Origin: an uncultured Spirochaetota bacterium
Lineage (GTDB): Bacteria > Spirochaetota > Spirochaetia > SZUA-6 > Fen-1364
Reading direction: 5' to 3'
Assembly: GCA_963845535.1 (NCBI GenBank)
Contig: CAWJSK010000013.1
Location: 96,001 to 160,000, forward strand
Length of the DNA stretch: 64,000 nt
A model generated the notes under the pieces. It was given only the letters and a program-made list of their open reading frames with translations, ran no database searches and was not told the origin of the DNA. A program made the position numbers and the translations under genes. Below, piece by piece: positions 8,872-18,683 of the stretch. Positions within the stretch are counted from its first letter, which is position 1, and every line of letters begins with the position of its first letter.

Positions 8872-10086
8872 ATGCGGACACACGGAGTGCGGGGAGCGGC
8901 GTGGACGAACTACGTGCTTCTCTTTGCAAGCTATGCCATCCTGACCCCCTACCTGCAGCTGTTTCTCAAGGCGCGCGGCCTGCCGCTTTCGCGGATAGGG
9001 CTCCTCCTGGGAATCCTGGAGTTGGCGGGCATTGGCGGCCCCATCATTCTCAGCCATTTGGCTGACAGGCGCTCAGCGTATCGCTTCCTCTTGTTCGCGG
9101 GCCTCCTCGTTTCCATCTTTGCGTTCATTCCCCTGCAGCTGACCACGGCTCTACCCGTGTTCCTTGTCTGCATTGCGCTCATGGGGTTCTCATATCGCGC
9201 GGCCATCCCTCTTCTGGATTCCCTTCTCGGAAGGATACTCCCCGAGCCGTCGCGCCAGTACGGCGGCCTGCGCGTGGCGGGGAGCATCAGCTTCACCGTG
9301 GTGTCTCTTCTCCTTCAGCTTACCGGGGCAATCTCCGGAGATTCCTCGGTTTCCGTCCTGGTTGCATTTGGTGCGGCCACGGCGCTTGCGGCCATGGCAA
9401 TCTGGTTGATCCCTGCCCCTCCCGCGGTGCGCGCCCGTAATGACACCGTCCCCGTGAAAGACGGCGACGGCCTGGATGCAAAGTTCTGGACGGTGATCGG
9501 GATCATTTTTCTGGGGCGCTTCGGGCTGGGAGCGTACTACTCGTTCTTCTCCCTGTACTTGCATGACACGTTCGGCCTTTCCGGCATCGGCCTTCTCTGG
9601 GCGATAGGATCACTGGCCGAGATTCCCATGGTATTTTTCTCAGGCGCCTTGATTGCGAGGCTCGGCATCAGGGTGCTCCTTGCCGTGTCTCTCGCCGCAA
9701 TAAGCCTCAGGCTCGGGATGTTCATCCTTGCCCCGTCCATCCTCGTGGTCGCGCTGGCCCAGCTTCTTCACGCCTTCACGTTCGGGACGTTTCACACGGC
9801 GAGCGTCGCATACGTGAATGCCCGAGTGGCCCCGGCGCGCAGGGGGATGGGGATGGCGATATACAACTCGGTGGGCGGCGGGCTCTCTACGTTCCTGGCT
9901 GCCGTGTTGGGGGGATATTTCCTCGAGTCGCACAGCTACCGGTCGCTTTTCTTCCTTTATGCGCTCGTGCCGCTGGCGGGAGTCATTGCGCTCGCGATCT
10001 TCGGAAAGCGGATCCTGCCTCCCGCGCACTCGTTGCGCGGGAGCACCGGCGTCAGACGTACCCCAGCAGCTTCGCCTTTGCGTTGA
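8872..10086 (+). CDS. MFS transporter (MFS_1-like / nucleoside:H+ symporter-like)
   Basis: About 12 hydrophobic segments; 'YGGLRVAGSISF', 'AEIPMVF', 'QLLHAFTFG' typical of this family. Confidence 0.85.
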   Translation: MRTHGVRGAAWTNYVLLFASYAILTPYLQLFLKARGLPLSRIGLLLGILELAGIGGPIILSHLADRRSAYRFLLFAGLLVSIFAFIPLQLTTALPVFLVCIALMGFSYRAAIPLLDSLLGRILPEPSRQYGGLRVAGSISFTVVSLLLQLTGAISGDSSVSVLVAFGAATALAAMAIWLIPAPPAVRARNDTVPVKDGDGLDAKFWTVIGIIFLGRFGLGAYYSFFSLYLHDTFGLSGIGLLWAIGSLAEIPMVFFSGALIARLGIRVLLAVSLAAISLRLGMFILAPSILVVALAQLLHAFTFGTFHTASVAYVNARVAPARRGMGMAIYNSVGGGLSTFLAAVLGGYFLESHSYRSLFFLYALVPLAGVIALAIFGKRILPPAHSLRGSTGVRRTPAASPLR

Positions 10087-11359
10087 GCTCCGCCCTGAAG
10101 TCGGGGTGGGCAACCGCAATCAGCTCCCGCACGCGCTCCCGCACCGTGCGGCCTCGAAGGCGCGCAATGCCATGCTCCGTCACGACGATGTCCACGTTGG
10201 ACCGATGCAGCGTCACGGCGGTTCCCTCGGGAAGAGCCGGCACGATGGTGGAAACCGTGCCCCCCTTGGCCGTGCTGTAGCAGGCGATGATCGATTTGCC
10301 CGCGCCGTCCAGGCCTTCCACGGCGCCGATGGCTGTGTCTGCCTGTCCGCCGGTTCCCGAATACTGGGTGGGGCCAATTGATTCGCTTGCCACCTGGCCG
10401 GTGAGGTCCACCATGAGGCACGTGTTCACGGAAACCATCTTCGTGTTCTGCCGAATCACGGCGGGGTCATTCACCCATCTGCCGCGCTCGAACTGGACAG
10501 CCACGTTGTCATCCAGCCAGTCGTAGAGCTTGCGGGACCCCATGGAGAAGCAGCAGACGAACTTCCCTTTCAGGAGGCCCTTGCACTGGTTGGTGACGAC
10601 CCCCATCTCGTAGAGCTCCATCATGGAGTCCACCATCATTTCCGTGTGAACGCCGAGGTTGCGCTTGTCCCGGAGGGCGAGCGCGGCGGCGTTGGGGATG
10701 CCGCCAATTCCCAGTTGGAGCGTGCTCCCGTCCTCCACCAGCTCTGCAATGTGCCCGCCGATTGCGAGGTCCGTCTCTGACGGGGACGGGGAGGGGAGAG
10801 TCGGCACGTCCTGGTCATGCTCCACGAAATGATCCACGGCGGAGACGTGGACCTGCGTGTCCCCGAAGGTGCGGGGAAGCCGGGTGTTCACTTCGAGCAC
10901 CACGATCTTTGCGGCTTCGATCACGTCTTTCTCATACGTGATGCCCAGGGAAAGGGACACGTAGCCGTGCCTGTCCGGCGGAGTGCAGGTCCCGAAGAAA
11001 ACGTCGGGACTGTGCGCGTGGATCCGGTCAGCGGCGGCGCGGTGGAGCATGTTCGGCACGTACGTCACGGTGCCAGTCCCGGCTTTCAGCGCCTCACGGG
11101 AACCGGGGGCATGGAACCACGAGGCAAGCTCGAAGCGCCCCTTCATCTCGGGCCGCCTGTAGAAGTCGTACGGTTTGAGCGTGAGGACGGAAAAGACCCG
11201 CACGTCCTCCACCGAGTCCGCAACGATGTGAAATCGGGACATGCAGCCCTGGGGCTCTGAGGCGCACTGCGCCACAATGACGTCGTTTCCGCTCCTGATC
11301 CTGGACACCGCGGTGTCGATGTCCTCGAGCTTCCTCTCGTACTCGTCCTTCCACTGCAT
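10052..11359 (-). CDS. Acetyl-CoA hydrolase/transferase family protein (4-hydroxybutyrate CoA-transferase-like)
   Basis: 'TLQLGIGGIP', 'GVHTEM', 'SGTGGQ', 'VTEHGIARLRG', 'AHPDFR'; SD GGAGG before ATG 11359. Confidence 0.9.
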   Translation of the reverse strand: MQWKDEYERKLEDIDTAVSRIRSGNDVIVAQCASEPQGCMSRFHIVADSVEDVRVFSVLTLKPYDFYRRPEMKGRFELASWFHAPGSREALKAGTGTVTYVPNMLHRAAADRIHAHSPDVFFGTCTPPDRHGYVSLSLGITYEKDVIEAAKIVVLEVNTRLPRTFGDTQVHVSAVDHFVEHDQDVPTLPSPSPSETDLAIGGHIAELVEDGSTLQLGIGGIPNAAALALRDKRNLGVHTEMMVDSMMELYEMGVVTNQCKGLLKGKFVCCFSMGSRKLYDWLDDNVAVQFERGRWVNDPAVIRQNTKMVSVNTCLMVDLTGQVASESIGPTQYSGTGGQADTAIGAVEGLDGAGKSIIACYSTAKGGTVSTIVPALPEGTAVTLHRSNVDIVVTEHGIARLRGRTVRERVRELIAVAHPDFRAELNAKAKLLGYV

Positions 11360-11370
11360 CTTTTTCCTCC

Positions 11371-12381
11371 TCACAGCCTGAGCAGGTTCGCGCCGACTGC
11401 CAGGCCCGCGCCGGAAGCCACAAGAATTATCGCGTCCCCTTTTTTCACCCTGCCCTCGCTCAGGGCCGTGTGCAGCGCCATGGGGACGCACGCGGACCCC
11501 GTATAGCCGTAGCGGTCCATGATGCACGTGGTCTTGGAAAGCGGAAGCCCGAGGACCTCCATGACCTGGTGTATGACCGACCTGTTGATCTGGGTGAAAA
11601 GAAAATGGTCCACCTGCTCCAACCGCCATCCCGCTTTGTCCAGAAGACGCCTGACCAGAGGCGGCCAGAGCTTCACGTTGCGGTCACCGGGAAGCTTCTG
11701 CAGCAGCTCGAGCCCCCATGCGCCGGCTTCAAGGAGGTCCCGGGTCACCGGCTTGCGGGTCCCGCCTGCATAGACTCCCACGTAGTTCCATTGTGTTCCG
11801 TCAGCCTTGAGCACTCCGTCCACGTACCCGCTGGAGTCGCTGCTTTCCTCTCTGGCAAGGAGCACGGCACCCGCGCCGTCAGCGAAGATCGTCCAGCCGA
11901 ACTCGTCTTTGGGGCGCACGTAGGCCGGCATGTTGTAGACGCCCACAACAAGCGCGTAGCGGAGGGAGCGGTCCGTCATCATCATCCGGGAGACGGCATC
12001 CAGGGCAGTCACGAAGCTCGCGCAGGAGGCCCCGACGTCGAACGCCCCCGACTCCGTTTCTCCGCCCTGCAGCCTGCCCTGCAGCAGGATGGAGGTAGCC
12101 GGAGAGATGAACTCAGGGGTGTCCGTTGCAACGACAAAGAGCCCTACCTCTGCTGCTCTCACCCCGGCATCCTGGAGCGCGGCCCGGGCGGCTTTCTCCG
12201 CGAAGTCTGCCGTGGTTTCCGAAATCCCGCGCAGGCGCGCAATATGGCGCCTCGTGATGCCGATCTTCGACTCGAGGCGCTTCGCGTCGAACTGGAGCCC
12301 CGTCAGCCGCCCCAGCTCGGCGTTGTCGATTGGATCCCCCGGCGCGTAGAGCCCGGTCCCGACGATCTTCGCTGCGGCCAT
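11371..12381 (-). CDS. KAS III (FabH)-like condensing/acyl-transfer enzyme with non-canonical catalytic residues
   Basis: 'ASCASF' nucleophile; 'FTQIN' replaces HQAN; 'RYGYTGSA' replaces YGNT; 'ASGAGL'. Confidence 0.85.
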   Translation of the reverse strand: MAAAKIVGTGLYAPGDPIDNAELGRLTGLQFDAKRLESKIGITRRHIARLRGISETTADFAEKAARAALQDAGVRAAEVGLFVVATDTPEFISPATSILLQGRLQGGETESGAFDVGASCASFVTALDAVSRMMMTDRSLRYALVVGVYNMPAYVRPKDEFGWTIFADGAGAVLLAREESSDSSGYVDGVLKADGTQWNYVGVYAGGTRKPVTRDLLEAGAWGLELLQKLPGDRNVKLWPPLVRRLLDKAGWRLEQVDHFLFTQINRSVIHQVMEVLGLPLSKTTCIMDRYGYTGSACVPMALHTALSEGRVKKGDAIILVASGAGLAVGANLLRL

Positions 12382-12396
12382 GTCGCCCCCCTTTTC

Positions 12397-12441
12397 CAAT
12401 CCGGCGCCTCTCAATCCGGCGCGCCCCAGTCCGGCACGTCG
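12397..12441. repeat. Imperfect 15-nt tandem repeat x3 across the TetR stop
   Basis: CAATCCGGCGCCTCT / CAATCCGGCGCGCCC / CAGTCCGGCACGTCG. Confidence 0.7.
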
Positions 12442-13560
12442 GAAAACCCGCGCGACACGTAGGCGCCAATGGCTTCCACCGTTGTACGCGCGTTCAACGG
12501 CGTCATGTTGAAGGCGGCCTCGATGCCGAAGTAGTGCGCAATCCCCAGGAGAAACTCGATGCACGTCCCCTGGTCCGCATCCCCGTTGCCTTCAGGGTTC
12601 TTGCGGTAGCCTTCCACAAAGTGCCCGTAGTATTCCCGCACGGCGGCGGGAAGGATGAACTCAGCCTCGCGGACGATGGGATAACAATCCCTGTCGATGG
12701 TGAGATACACGAGCCAAAGCCACAGTCCGCGCAGCTCGCGCTCCAGCCTGTTCAGGGGCGCCCCGTCCGCGGCCGGGAGGTTGCGGGCAATGAACTGGCG
12801 CACGTCGTGGCCCACCATGCGGATCAGCTCCGCGAAGTAGGCTTCCTTGGATTCGAAATGGTTGTAGAAAGCCCCCACGGACAGCTCTGCAAGGTCCGTG
12901 ATCTCATGGATGTTCGTTTCGAAGAACCCCTTCCCGCCAAAGAGGCGCTTGCCGGCCCGCAGGAGACGGTCACGGGCTCCCTCCTCGAGGTTGATCGGCT
13001 GAGGGGTCGCGGTTCCCCCGAAGACTCTCGAGGCGTCGAAGGTCATCCCGCGAAAAAGGCCGGGCAGAGAGGATCTCCACAAGGTCTTCCTCCCGGATTG
13101 CCACGCCGTGAAGGGCGGATCGAATGGCACAGAAGCGCACGCCTCCCACGGCAAAGAGATATTCGGGAAGCCCGATCTCTTTTCCCAGGACGGTAGAAAG
13201 GCTCTGCTGGTAGATTGCCATCAACCTTCGTTCGTATTCGAAGAGTCGGTACTGGCCTTCTCGAAATACCGTGACAAGCTCCTTGTGATCCCGAGAGAAG
13301 CTGACAACGGCCTGGACGAGGGAGCGGATGCGGTCACGCTTGCTCGAGCCGCCGGGCTCGGCAACCGCGTCGCGAATCATCGACAGTACTTGCTCGAGTA
13401 TCTTTCGGAAAAGCGCTTCCTTGCCATCGAAATACCTGTAGAACACGCCGTTTGAGAGACCTGCTTTTCGACAGATGGCCGCCACTGACACCGTTCCGTA
13501 CCAGCTATGTGAAAAGAGGCTTACGGCTGATTCGATCAAGCGCTCTTCAGTTCCATTCAT
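12411..13560 (-). CDS. Tandem double-TetR transcriptional regulator, one frameshift near 13060-13070
   Basis: Two HTHs: 'SVAAICRKAGLSNGVFYRYF' (ORF 12970..13560) and 'IHEITDLAELSVGAFYNHF' (ORF 12411..13154); ORFs overlap in different frames. Confidence 0.8.
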
Positions 13561-13578
13561 TCAAGGCTGTCCCATCTG

Positions 13579-13720
13579 TGAGAGATGATTCACTATTGTG
13601 ACGCATTATAGCCTTGCAATGGCCACAATACAACAGGAAAAGCGCCAAACAGCAAATATTCGACAAAAATAATGCTTGACAACTGCTATTTCCTAGCATA
13701 AAAAAATGAGAGGCGATTCG
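13579..13720. promoter_or_regulatory. AT-rich divergent promoter region with TTGACA (13676-13681) and two copies of a candidate operator TGAGAGnnGATTC
   Basis: TGAGAGATGATTCA (13579-13592) and TGAGAGGCGATTCG (13707-13720), 11/14 identical, one beside each divergent start. Confidence 0.5.
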
Positions 13721-13750
13721 GTCGTCATTCAACCGAAGGGGTGCTGGGGA

Positions 13751-14776
13751 ATGCATGTCGGCATCATTGGGCACGGCGTATGGCTCCCATCGACTTTCAT
13801 GAGCGCGGCAGATATTGCCAAAGCCACCGGCATTCCCGAAGACGTCATAGCGCTGAAGTTCGGCGTCAAGCAGAAACCTGTTTCCGGCCCTGGTGAGACA
13901 ACAGCCGTCATGGGCTTGGAGGCAGCTCGCAAGGCCCTTGCTGATGCGGGCATTTCGGGATCCGAGGTTGACCTGGTCATATGGTGCGGCGCGCAGCACA
14001 AAGACTACCCGTGCTGGCTTGCCGGCCTCTATGTTGCCAACCAGATAGGGGCCAGGAACGCCTGGAGCTTCGACATGGAAGCCATGTGCGGCTCAATGAT
14101 GACGGCCTTGGATGTCGCAAAGTCTCTCCTCCTGGCTCGGGATGACCTCCAAACAGTCCTTCTTGTTTCCGGGTACCGGAACAATGACCTCATAGACCTG
14201 AAAGAGCCGGCAACACGGTTCATGCTGGACATCGGCTCGGGCGCCTCGGCGCTTGTCCTTCGAAAGAACGCGGGCCGAAACGCCGTGCTTGCCTCCGCAT
14301 TCCGGGGGGACGGCTCTTTCTCCGAGATGTGCGTCGTGCCGACCCTGGGATCAAAAGCCTGGCCTCCGTCTCCCGGAGACGAATCTCGCGTCCACTTCAT
14401 CGTCCCTGATGAGGAAGCGTTCAAGAAGAAGCTGAACGAGCTGACGCTTCCCAATTTCTACGCGGTGATCCGGGAGGCTCTCCAGCGCTCCCGCCTGTCG
14501 AATGCCTCAATCGACTATCTTGCAATTCTCCATTTCAAGAAAAGCGCGCACGAAGCAGTGCTCAAGGAGCTGGGGCTCGGGCCCTCGAACACGACCTACC
14601 TGGAAGACTACGGCCACCTTGGGCAGAACGACCAGGTGCTCTCCCTGGAGCTGGGGCTGGCTGCCGGGAAGGTGCATGACGGCGCCACGGTGGTGTTTGT
14701 GGGCGCGGGTCTTGGGTTTGTCTGGGCGGCAACGGTGATCACGTGGGGGCCAGTGAGGAGAAGTCATGCGTCTTGA
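13751..14776 (+). CDS. Second KAS III (FabH)-like enzyme, Cys-His-His type
   Basis: 'EAMCGS', 'AILHFKKSAH', 'DYGHLGQND' (His where FabH has Asn), 'GAGLGFVWAA'. Confidence 0.85.
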   Translation: MHVGIIGHGVWLPSTFMSAADIAKATGIPEDVIALKFGVKQKPVSGPGETTAVMGLEAARKALADAGISGSEVDLVIWCGAQHKDYPCWLAGLYVANQIGARNAWSFDMEAMCGSMMTALDVAKSLLLARDDLQTVLLVSGYRNNDLIDLKEPATRFMLDIGSGASALVLRKNAGRNAVLASAFRGDGSFSEMCVVPTLGSKAWPPSPGDESRVHFIVPDEEAFKKKLNELTLPNFYAVIREALQRSRLSNASIDYLAILHFKKSAHEAVLKELGLGPSNTTYLEDYGHLGQNDQVLSLELGLAAGKVHDGATVVFVGAGLGFVWAATVITWGPVRRSHAS

Positions 14777-15500
14777 TGGAAAGGTGTGCGTCGTAACGGG
14801 CGGCGCGCGCGGGATTGGAAAAGGGGTCGTGGAGACTTTCATCCGCGAAGGGGCAAAGCGCGTGTGGGCCCTGGACGTCAATGAAGCCGACCTGTCCGCG
14901 CTGGAGAAAGGGTCGTCGGTCACTGGCGTGGCCGTGGACGTGACGAGCTCCGCCGCGGTCAACGCCGTGGTTGAGCGCATCAAGTCCGAGTCCGGGTCAG
15001 TGGACGTCCTGGTCAACAACGCCGGCATCACGCGTGACGCCATGATCCACAAGATGACCGACGCGGACTGGGACGCGGTGATCAACGTCAACCTGAAAGG
15101 CGTCTTCTTCATGACGCGCGCCATTGCGCCGCTCATGATGGAGGCGGGCAAGGGAGCAATCGTCAGCATCAGCTCCATCGTCGGCCTGGACGGAAACGTC
15201 GGCCAGACCAACTACGCGGCCACCAAGGGCGGCGTCGTGGCAATGACGAAGGGGTGGGCGCGGGAGTTCGCCAGAAAAGGCGCAAAGGTGAGGGTGAACG
15301 CGGTGTCTCCCGGCTATACGCGCACGCCCATGATCGCCTCGGTGCCGGAAAAAGTGCTCGAGCCCATCATCGCAAAGACACCGCTGGGAAGGCTTGCGGA
15401 GATTCGTGACATCGCCAACGCGGTGCTTTTTCTTGCAAGCGAAGAATCGGAGTTCATCACGGGCCAGGTCCTCCGCGTGGACGGAGGGCTCGTGCTGTAA
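14766..15500 (+). CDS. 3-oxoacyl-(ACP/CoA) reductase, FabG/PhaB-like SDR
   Basis: 'TGGARGIG', 'NNAGITRD', 'GNVGQTNYAATK', 'ITGQVLRVDGG'. Confidence 0.92.
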   Translation: MRLDGKVCVVTGGARGIGKGVVETFIREGAKRVWALDVNEADLSALEKGSSVTGVAVDVTSSAAVNAVVERIKSESGSVDVLVNNAGITRDAMIHKMTDADWDAVINVNLKGVFFMTRAIAPLMMEAGKGAIVSISSIVGLDGNVGQTNYAATKGGVVAMTKGWAREFARKGAKVRVNAVSPGYTRTPMIASVPEKVLEPIIAKTPLGRLAEIRDIANAVLFLASEESEFITGQVLRVDGGLVL

Positions 15501-15536
15501 GAGAGGGACGCCTCGGCGCCCCGAAGGAGGAGGCAT

Positions 15537-16742
15537 ATGAGAAAGGCTTTCGTGGCAATTGCGTGCTTCGCGCTGATTGGCGCCGCCGCATTCGCGCAGG
15601 GCGTCATCAAGCTTGGCGCCAACTGGCCGCTGGGGGACGTGAGCGGTCTGGAATGCTCCAAGGCCGCGCAGCTTGCCGTGGATGAGATCAACAAGGCGGG
15701 CGGGGTGCTGGGGAAGCAGCTTCAGCTCGTCGTGGTTGATGACGAAGGCAAGGGAGACAAGGGCGTTGCCGCAATCGAGAAGCTCGCCACCGTGGACAAG
15801 GTGGACGTCCTCCTGGGCGGCATTGCTTCAGGGGTGGCTGTAGCCCAGGTCCCCATCATGAAGAAGTACCAGATCGTCACCGTTGCCACGGGGGCGGCGG
15901 CAAGCGCCAGCGTCGAAAAGGCCCTCGGTCCCAGCCCCGGCTCGGACTGGTATTTCCACCTCCATCCGTGGGACTACAACCAGGGCCAGAGCTACTTCGA
16001 GGGATGGGCCGCAATCCAGAAGAAGTACCCCAACGTCAAGATCAAGAGGATATTCCTCGCATATGAGGAAGGGGCGTTCGGGAAGTCATCCTTCGACGCC
16101 TCCAAGGCCATCTTCGGCTCCCGCTATACCTTCGACGGCGCTTCGTTCAAGAGCGCGCTCATGGGCGGTTCCGATTATTCTTCCGCGCTGGAAGCAGCCA
16201 AGGATTTCAAACCGGACCTCTTCATCTGGGCCGGCTACGCCCAGGACGCCCTCCCGCTGCTGGAGCAGTCCAAGGCCATGAAGTTCTCCCCGCCCATCTA
16301 CCTCGGGGCTCCTCCGGCGTGGCCTACGGACATCGGCACCTCCCCGCTGGCTGAGGACATCATGCTCTACGGCATGTGGGCTCCTTCCGTCAACGACATA
16401 AGCCCAGCAAGCAAGAAGTTCTACGATGCATACGTGGCCGTCAACGGCGCCGAACCGACGAGCTACTTCGCCCCTCTCTCCTACAGCGCCGTCTACATCA
16501 TTGCGGACGCCATCAAGCGCGCGGGAGGCACGGACAGGGAGAAGCTCATCAAGGCGTTGGAGGCCACGAGATATGCCTCACCGCTGGGTGAGACCATTAC
16601 ATTCACGCCCTCCAGAATCATCAAGCACCAGGGCATCAAGAGCCAGAAGATCCTCCAGTGGCAGAACGGCAGGCAGGAGGTGATCTGGCCGTTCGAGGTC
16701 CAGTCCAAGCCGCTCGTATACCCTCTTCCTCCCTGGAAGTAG
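15537..16742 (+). CDS. LIV/HAAT-type ABC substrate-binding protein
   Basis: Signal peptide; 'AQLAVDEINKAGGVLGKQLQLVVVDD'. Confidence 0.92.
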   Translation: MRKAFVAIACFALIGAAAFAQGVIKLGANWPLGDVSGLECSKAAQLAVDEINKAGGVLGKQLQLVVVDDEGKGDKGVAAIEKLATVDKVDVLLGGIASGVAVAQVPIMKKYQIVTVATGAAASASVEKALGPSPGSDWYFHLHPWDYNQGQSYFEGWAAIQKKYPNVKIKRIFLAYEEGAFGKSSFDASKAIFGSRYTFDGASFKSALMGGSDYSSALEAAKDFKPDLFIWAGYAQDALPLLEQSKAMKFSPPIYLGAPPAWPTDIGTSPLAEDIMLYGMWAPSVNDISPASKKFYDAYVAVNGAEPTSYFAPLSYSAVYIIADAIKRAGGTDREKLIKALEATRYASPLGETITFTPSRIIKHQGIKSQKILQWQNGRQEVIWPFEVQSKPLVYPLPPWK

Positions 16743-16743
16743 C

Positions 16744-17700
16744 ATGAGAGTGGTGGTGACCCGTCCGCGCGAGCGGCCGGGCCGGGCATGGCAGGCCGTT
16801 GTCTGGGCCGCCCTTGCGGTCATCGGGACGGCCGCCGTCCTGGCATGGAAGCCAACGGCGCTTGTCTACGGCGTGCAGCGCGCCGGCCTCTACGCCGCTG
16901 TTGCCATTCCCATGGCGCTCATACTCGGCATCGTCCACATCGTGAACCTCGCCCACGGAGAGCTCATGATGGTGGCGGCGTACCTGGCGTATTTCGCCGC
17001 GCGCCTGCTCGGCCTTGATCCTTTCATTTCCCTGATTCCCGTTGCCATGGTCATGGCCGTCTTCGGACTGGTGGTGTACCTGCTCACCATCAAGCAGGCG
17101 CTCAAGGCGCCGGAGCTGAACCAGCTCATCCTCACGTTCGGGCTCGCCATCGCGCTGAGCCAGACCGTAAACCTCTTGTTCACGTCGCAGTCGTGGAAGC
17201 TCTCCCTGGACTACGTGTCCGCCTCCGCAACGGTGGGGGACGTCAGCTTCGGAGTGTTTGATTTCGTCTACGTTGCTGCAGCACTAGCGCTCGCCGCGGG
17301 CTTGCAGCTTTTTCTCAAGCGCACCCGTATGGGCAAAGCTGCGCTGGCGGTAGGCCAGAACCCGCGGGGAGCGGCAATCGTCGGGATCGACGTGGGCAAG
17401 ACCTATGCGTTCGTGTTCGCATTGGCCGTGGGCCTCGTCGGCGCGGTGGGCTCCCTCTTCCTTGCAAAGCAGGCGATCTTTCCGATGGTGGGCGGGCCCT
17501 ACACCATGAAGTCATTCTCCCTGGTTGCGATGGCAGGTGTGGGCAACATCGTGGGCATCCTGTACTGCAGCCTGGCCCTGGGCCTCGCGGAAAGCATTAT
17601 CGACGGGATCAGGGGATACGCGGGATGGTCCAACATGGTGTTCTTCGTGATCATCATTGCCACCATCCTGATCCGCTCGTGGCGGGAGAGGAAAGTGTGA
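16744..17700 (+). CDS. LIV-type ABC permease (LivH-like)
   Basis: 'IVNLAHGELMM', 'RTRMGKAALAVGQNPRGAAIVGID'. Confidence 0.92.
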   Translation: MRVVVTRPRERPGRAWQAVVWAALAVIGTAAVLAWKPTALVYGVQRAGLYAAVAIPMALILGIVHIVNLAHGELMMVAAYLAYFAARLLGLDPFISLIPVAMVMAVFGLVVYLLTIKQALKAPELNQLILTFGLAIALSQTVNLLFTSQSWKLSLDYVSASATVGDVSFGVFDFVYVAAALALAAGLQLFLKRTRMGKAALAVGQNPRGAAIVGIDVGKTYAFVFALAVGLVGAVGSLFLAKQAIFPMVGGPYTMKSFSLVAMAGVGNIVGILYCSLALGLAESIIDGIRGYAGWSNMVFFVIIIATILIRSWRERKV

Positions 17701-18683
17701 CCACGGCAGTCAGGCGGTTCCTTCCCGTGGTGGTCATCGCGGCCGCGGTCGCATTCCCCTTCCTGGCCGGACCATACCCTCTGGCCGTGGCGCAGAGCGT
17801 CCTCCTCTTCATGGCCCTGGCCGTGAGCTGGGACATGCTCCTGAGGTCCGGGCAGATCTCCTTCGGGATTGCCGGCTTCTTCGGCATCGGCGCCTACGGA
17901 GCGGCGCTCACGACGCTCAAGCTTTCCGTGTCACCCATCGTCTCCATCCTGTTCGCCGGCGTGTGCGCGGCGGCGGTTGCTTTTGTGCTGGGCTTTGTCA
18001 TCCTTCGTTTGCGGAAGGTGTATTTCGCTATCACCACTCTGGCGCTTGCAGAGATCTTCCAGGTGATCATCCACAACGGGGGAGACTTCACGGGCGGACC
18101 CGAAGGGATTGTCCTTCCTTCCCTGATCTTTGGCGGTGACGCAAGGTCCCTGTACTGGCTCGCTCTTGCCGCCGTGCTCCTGGCGTGCGCGCTGTCCGCC
18201 GTGTTCCAGCGGTCCCGTCTCAGGTTCGCGCTTACCGCTGTGCGAAATGACGAGGTGAGCGCGCGCTCCAGCGGGATTGCCATCTTCGCGTATCTCATGA
18301 TTGCCTTCGTCACGACCTCCTTCATCCAGGGAATTGTCGGCGGCATCCACGTACAGATCTACGGCTACGCGTCGCCGGACTCGGTCTTCGACTCCAACTA
18401 CACGCTTCTGCCGCTGGCCATGGTGCTTCTGGGCGGAACCTACAGCACGCCGGGACCTGTCCTGGGTGCCGTCCTCCTGGGAGTGGCATCGGAGTACCTC
18501 AAGCTGAAAATCCCCTACGGCCACCTCGTGGTGTACGGGATCATCATTGTCCTTGTCATCCTTCTCCTGCCCGAGGGGCTCTACGGCCAGTACCGAAAGC
18601 GAGTGAAGGCGAGGGCGAAGGAGGCAACTGGCCGTGAGGCAGGGGGCCCGGAGGCAGGTGGCCCGGAGGCGGCCCATGCCTGA
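17697..18683 (+). CDS. LIV-type ABC permease (LivM-like)
   Basis: 'GQISFG', 'YFAITTLA', 'TGGPEG', 'AVRNDE'; GTG start overlaps upstream stop. Confidence 0.92.
   Translation: MTTAVRRFLPVVVIAAAVAFPFLAGPYPLAVAQSVLLFMALAVSWDMLLRSGQISFGIAGFFGIGAYGAALTTLKLSVSPIVSILFAGVCAAAVAFVLGFVILRLRKVYFAITTLALAEIFQVIIHNGGDFTGGPEGIVLPSLIFGGDARSLYWLALAAVLLACALSAVFQRSRLRFALTAVRNDEVSARSSGIAIFAYLMIAFVTTSFIQGIVGGIHVQIYGYASPDSVFDSNYTLLPLAMVLLGGTYSTPGPVLGAVLLGVASEYLKLKIPYGHLVVYGIIIVLVILLLPEGLYGQYRKRVKARAKEATGREAGGPEAGGPEAAHA
18621..18680 (+). repeat. 15-nt tandem repeat x4 encoding EATGR-EAGGP-EAGGP-EAAHA tail
   Basis: GAGGCAACTGGCCGT / GAGGCAGGGGGCCCG / GAGGCAGGTGGCCCG / GAGGCGGCCCATGCC. Confidence 0.7.

Noticed and set aside
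13050..13075. Programmed ribosomal frameshift in TetR
   Set aside because: No clear slippery heptamer plus stimulator; similar single-base indels elsewhere point to assembly error
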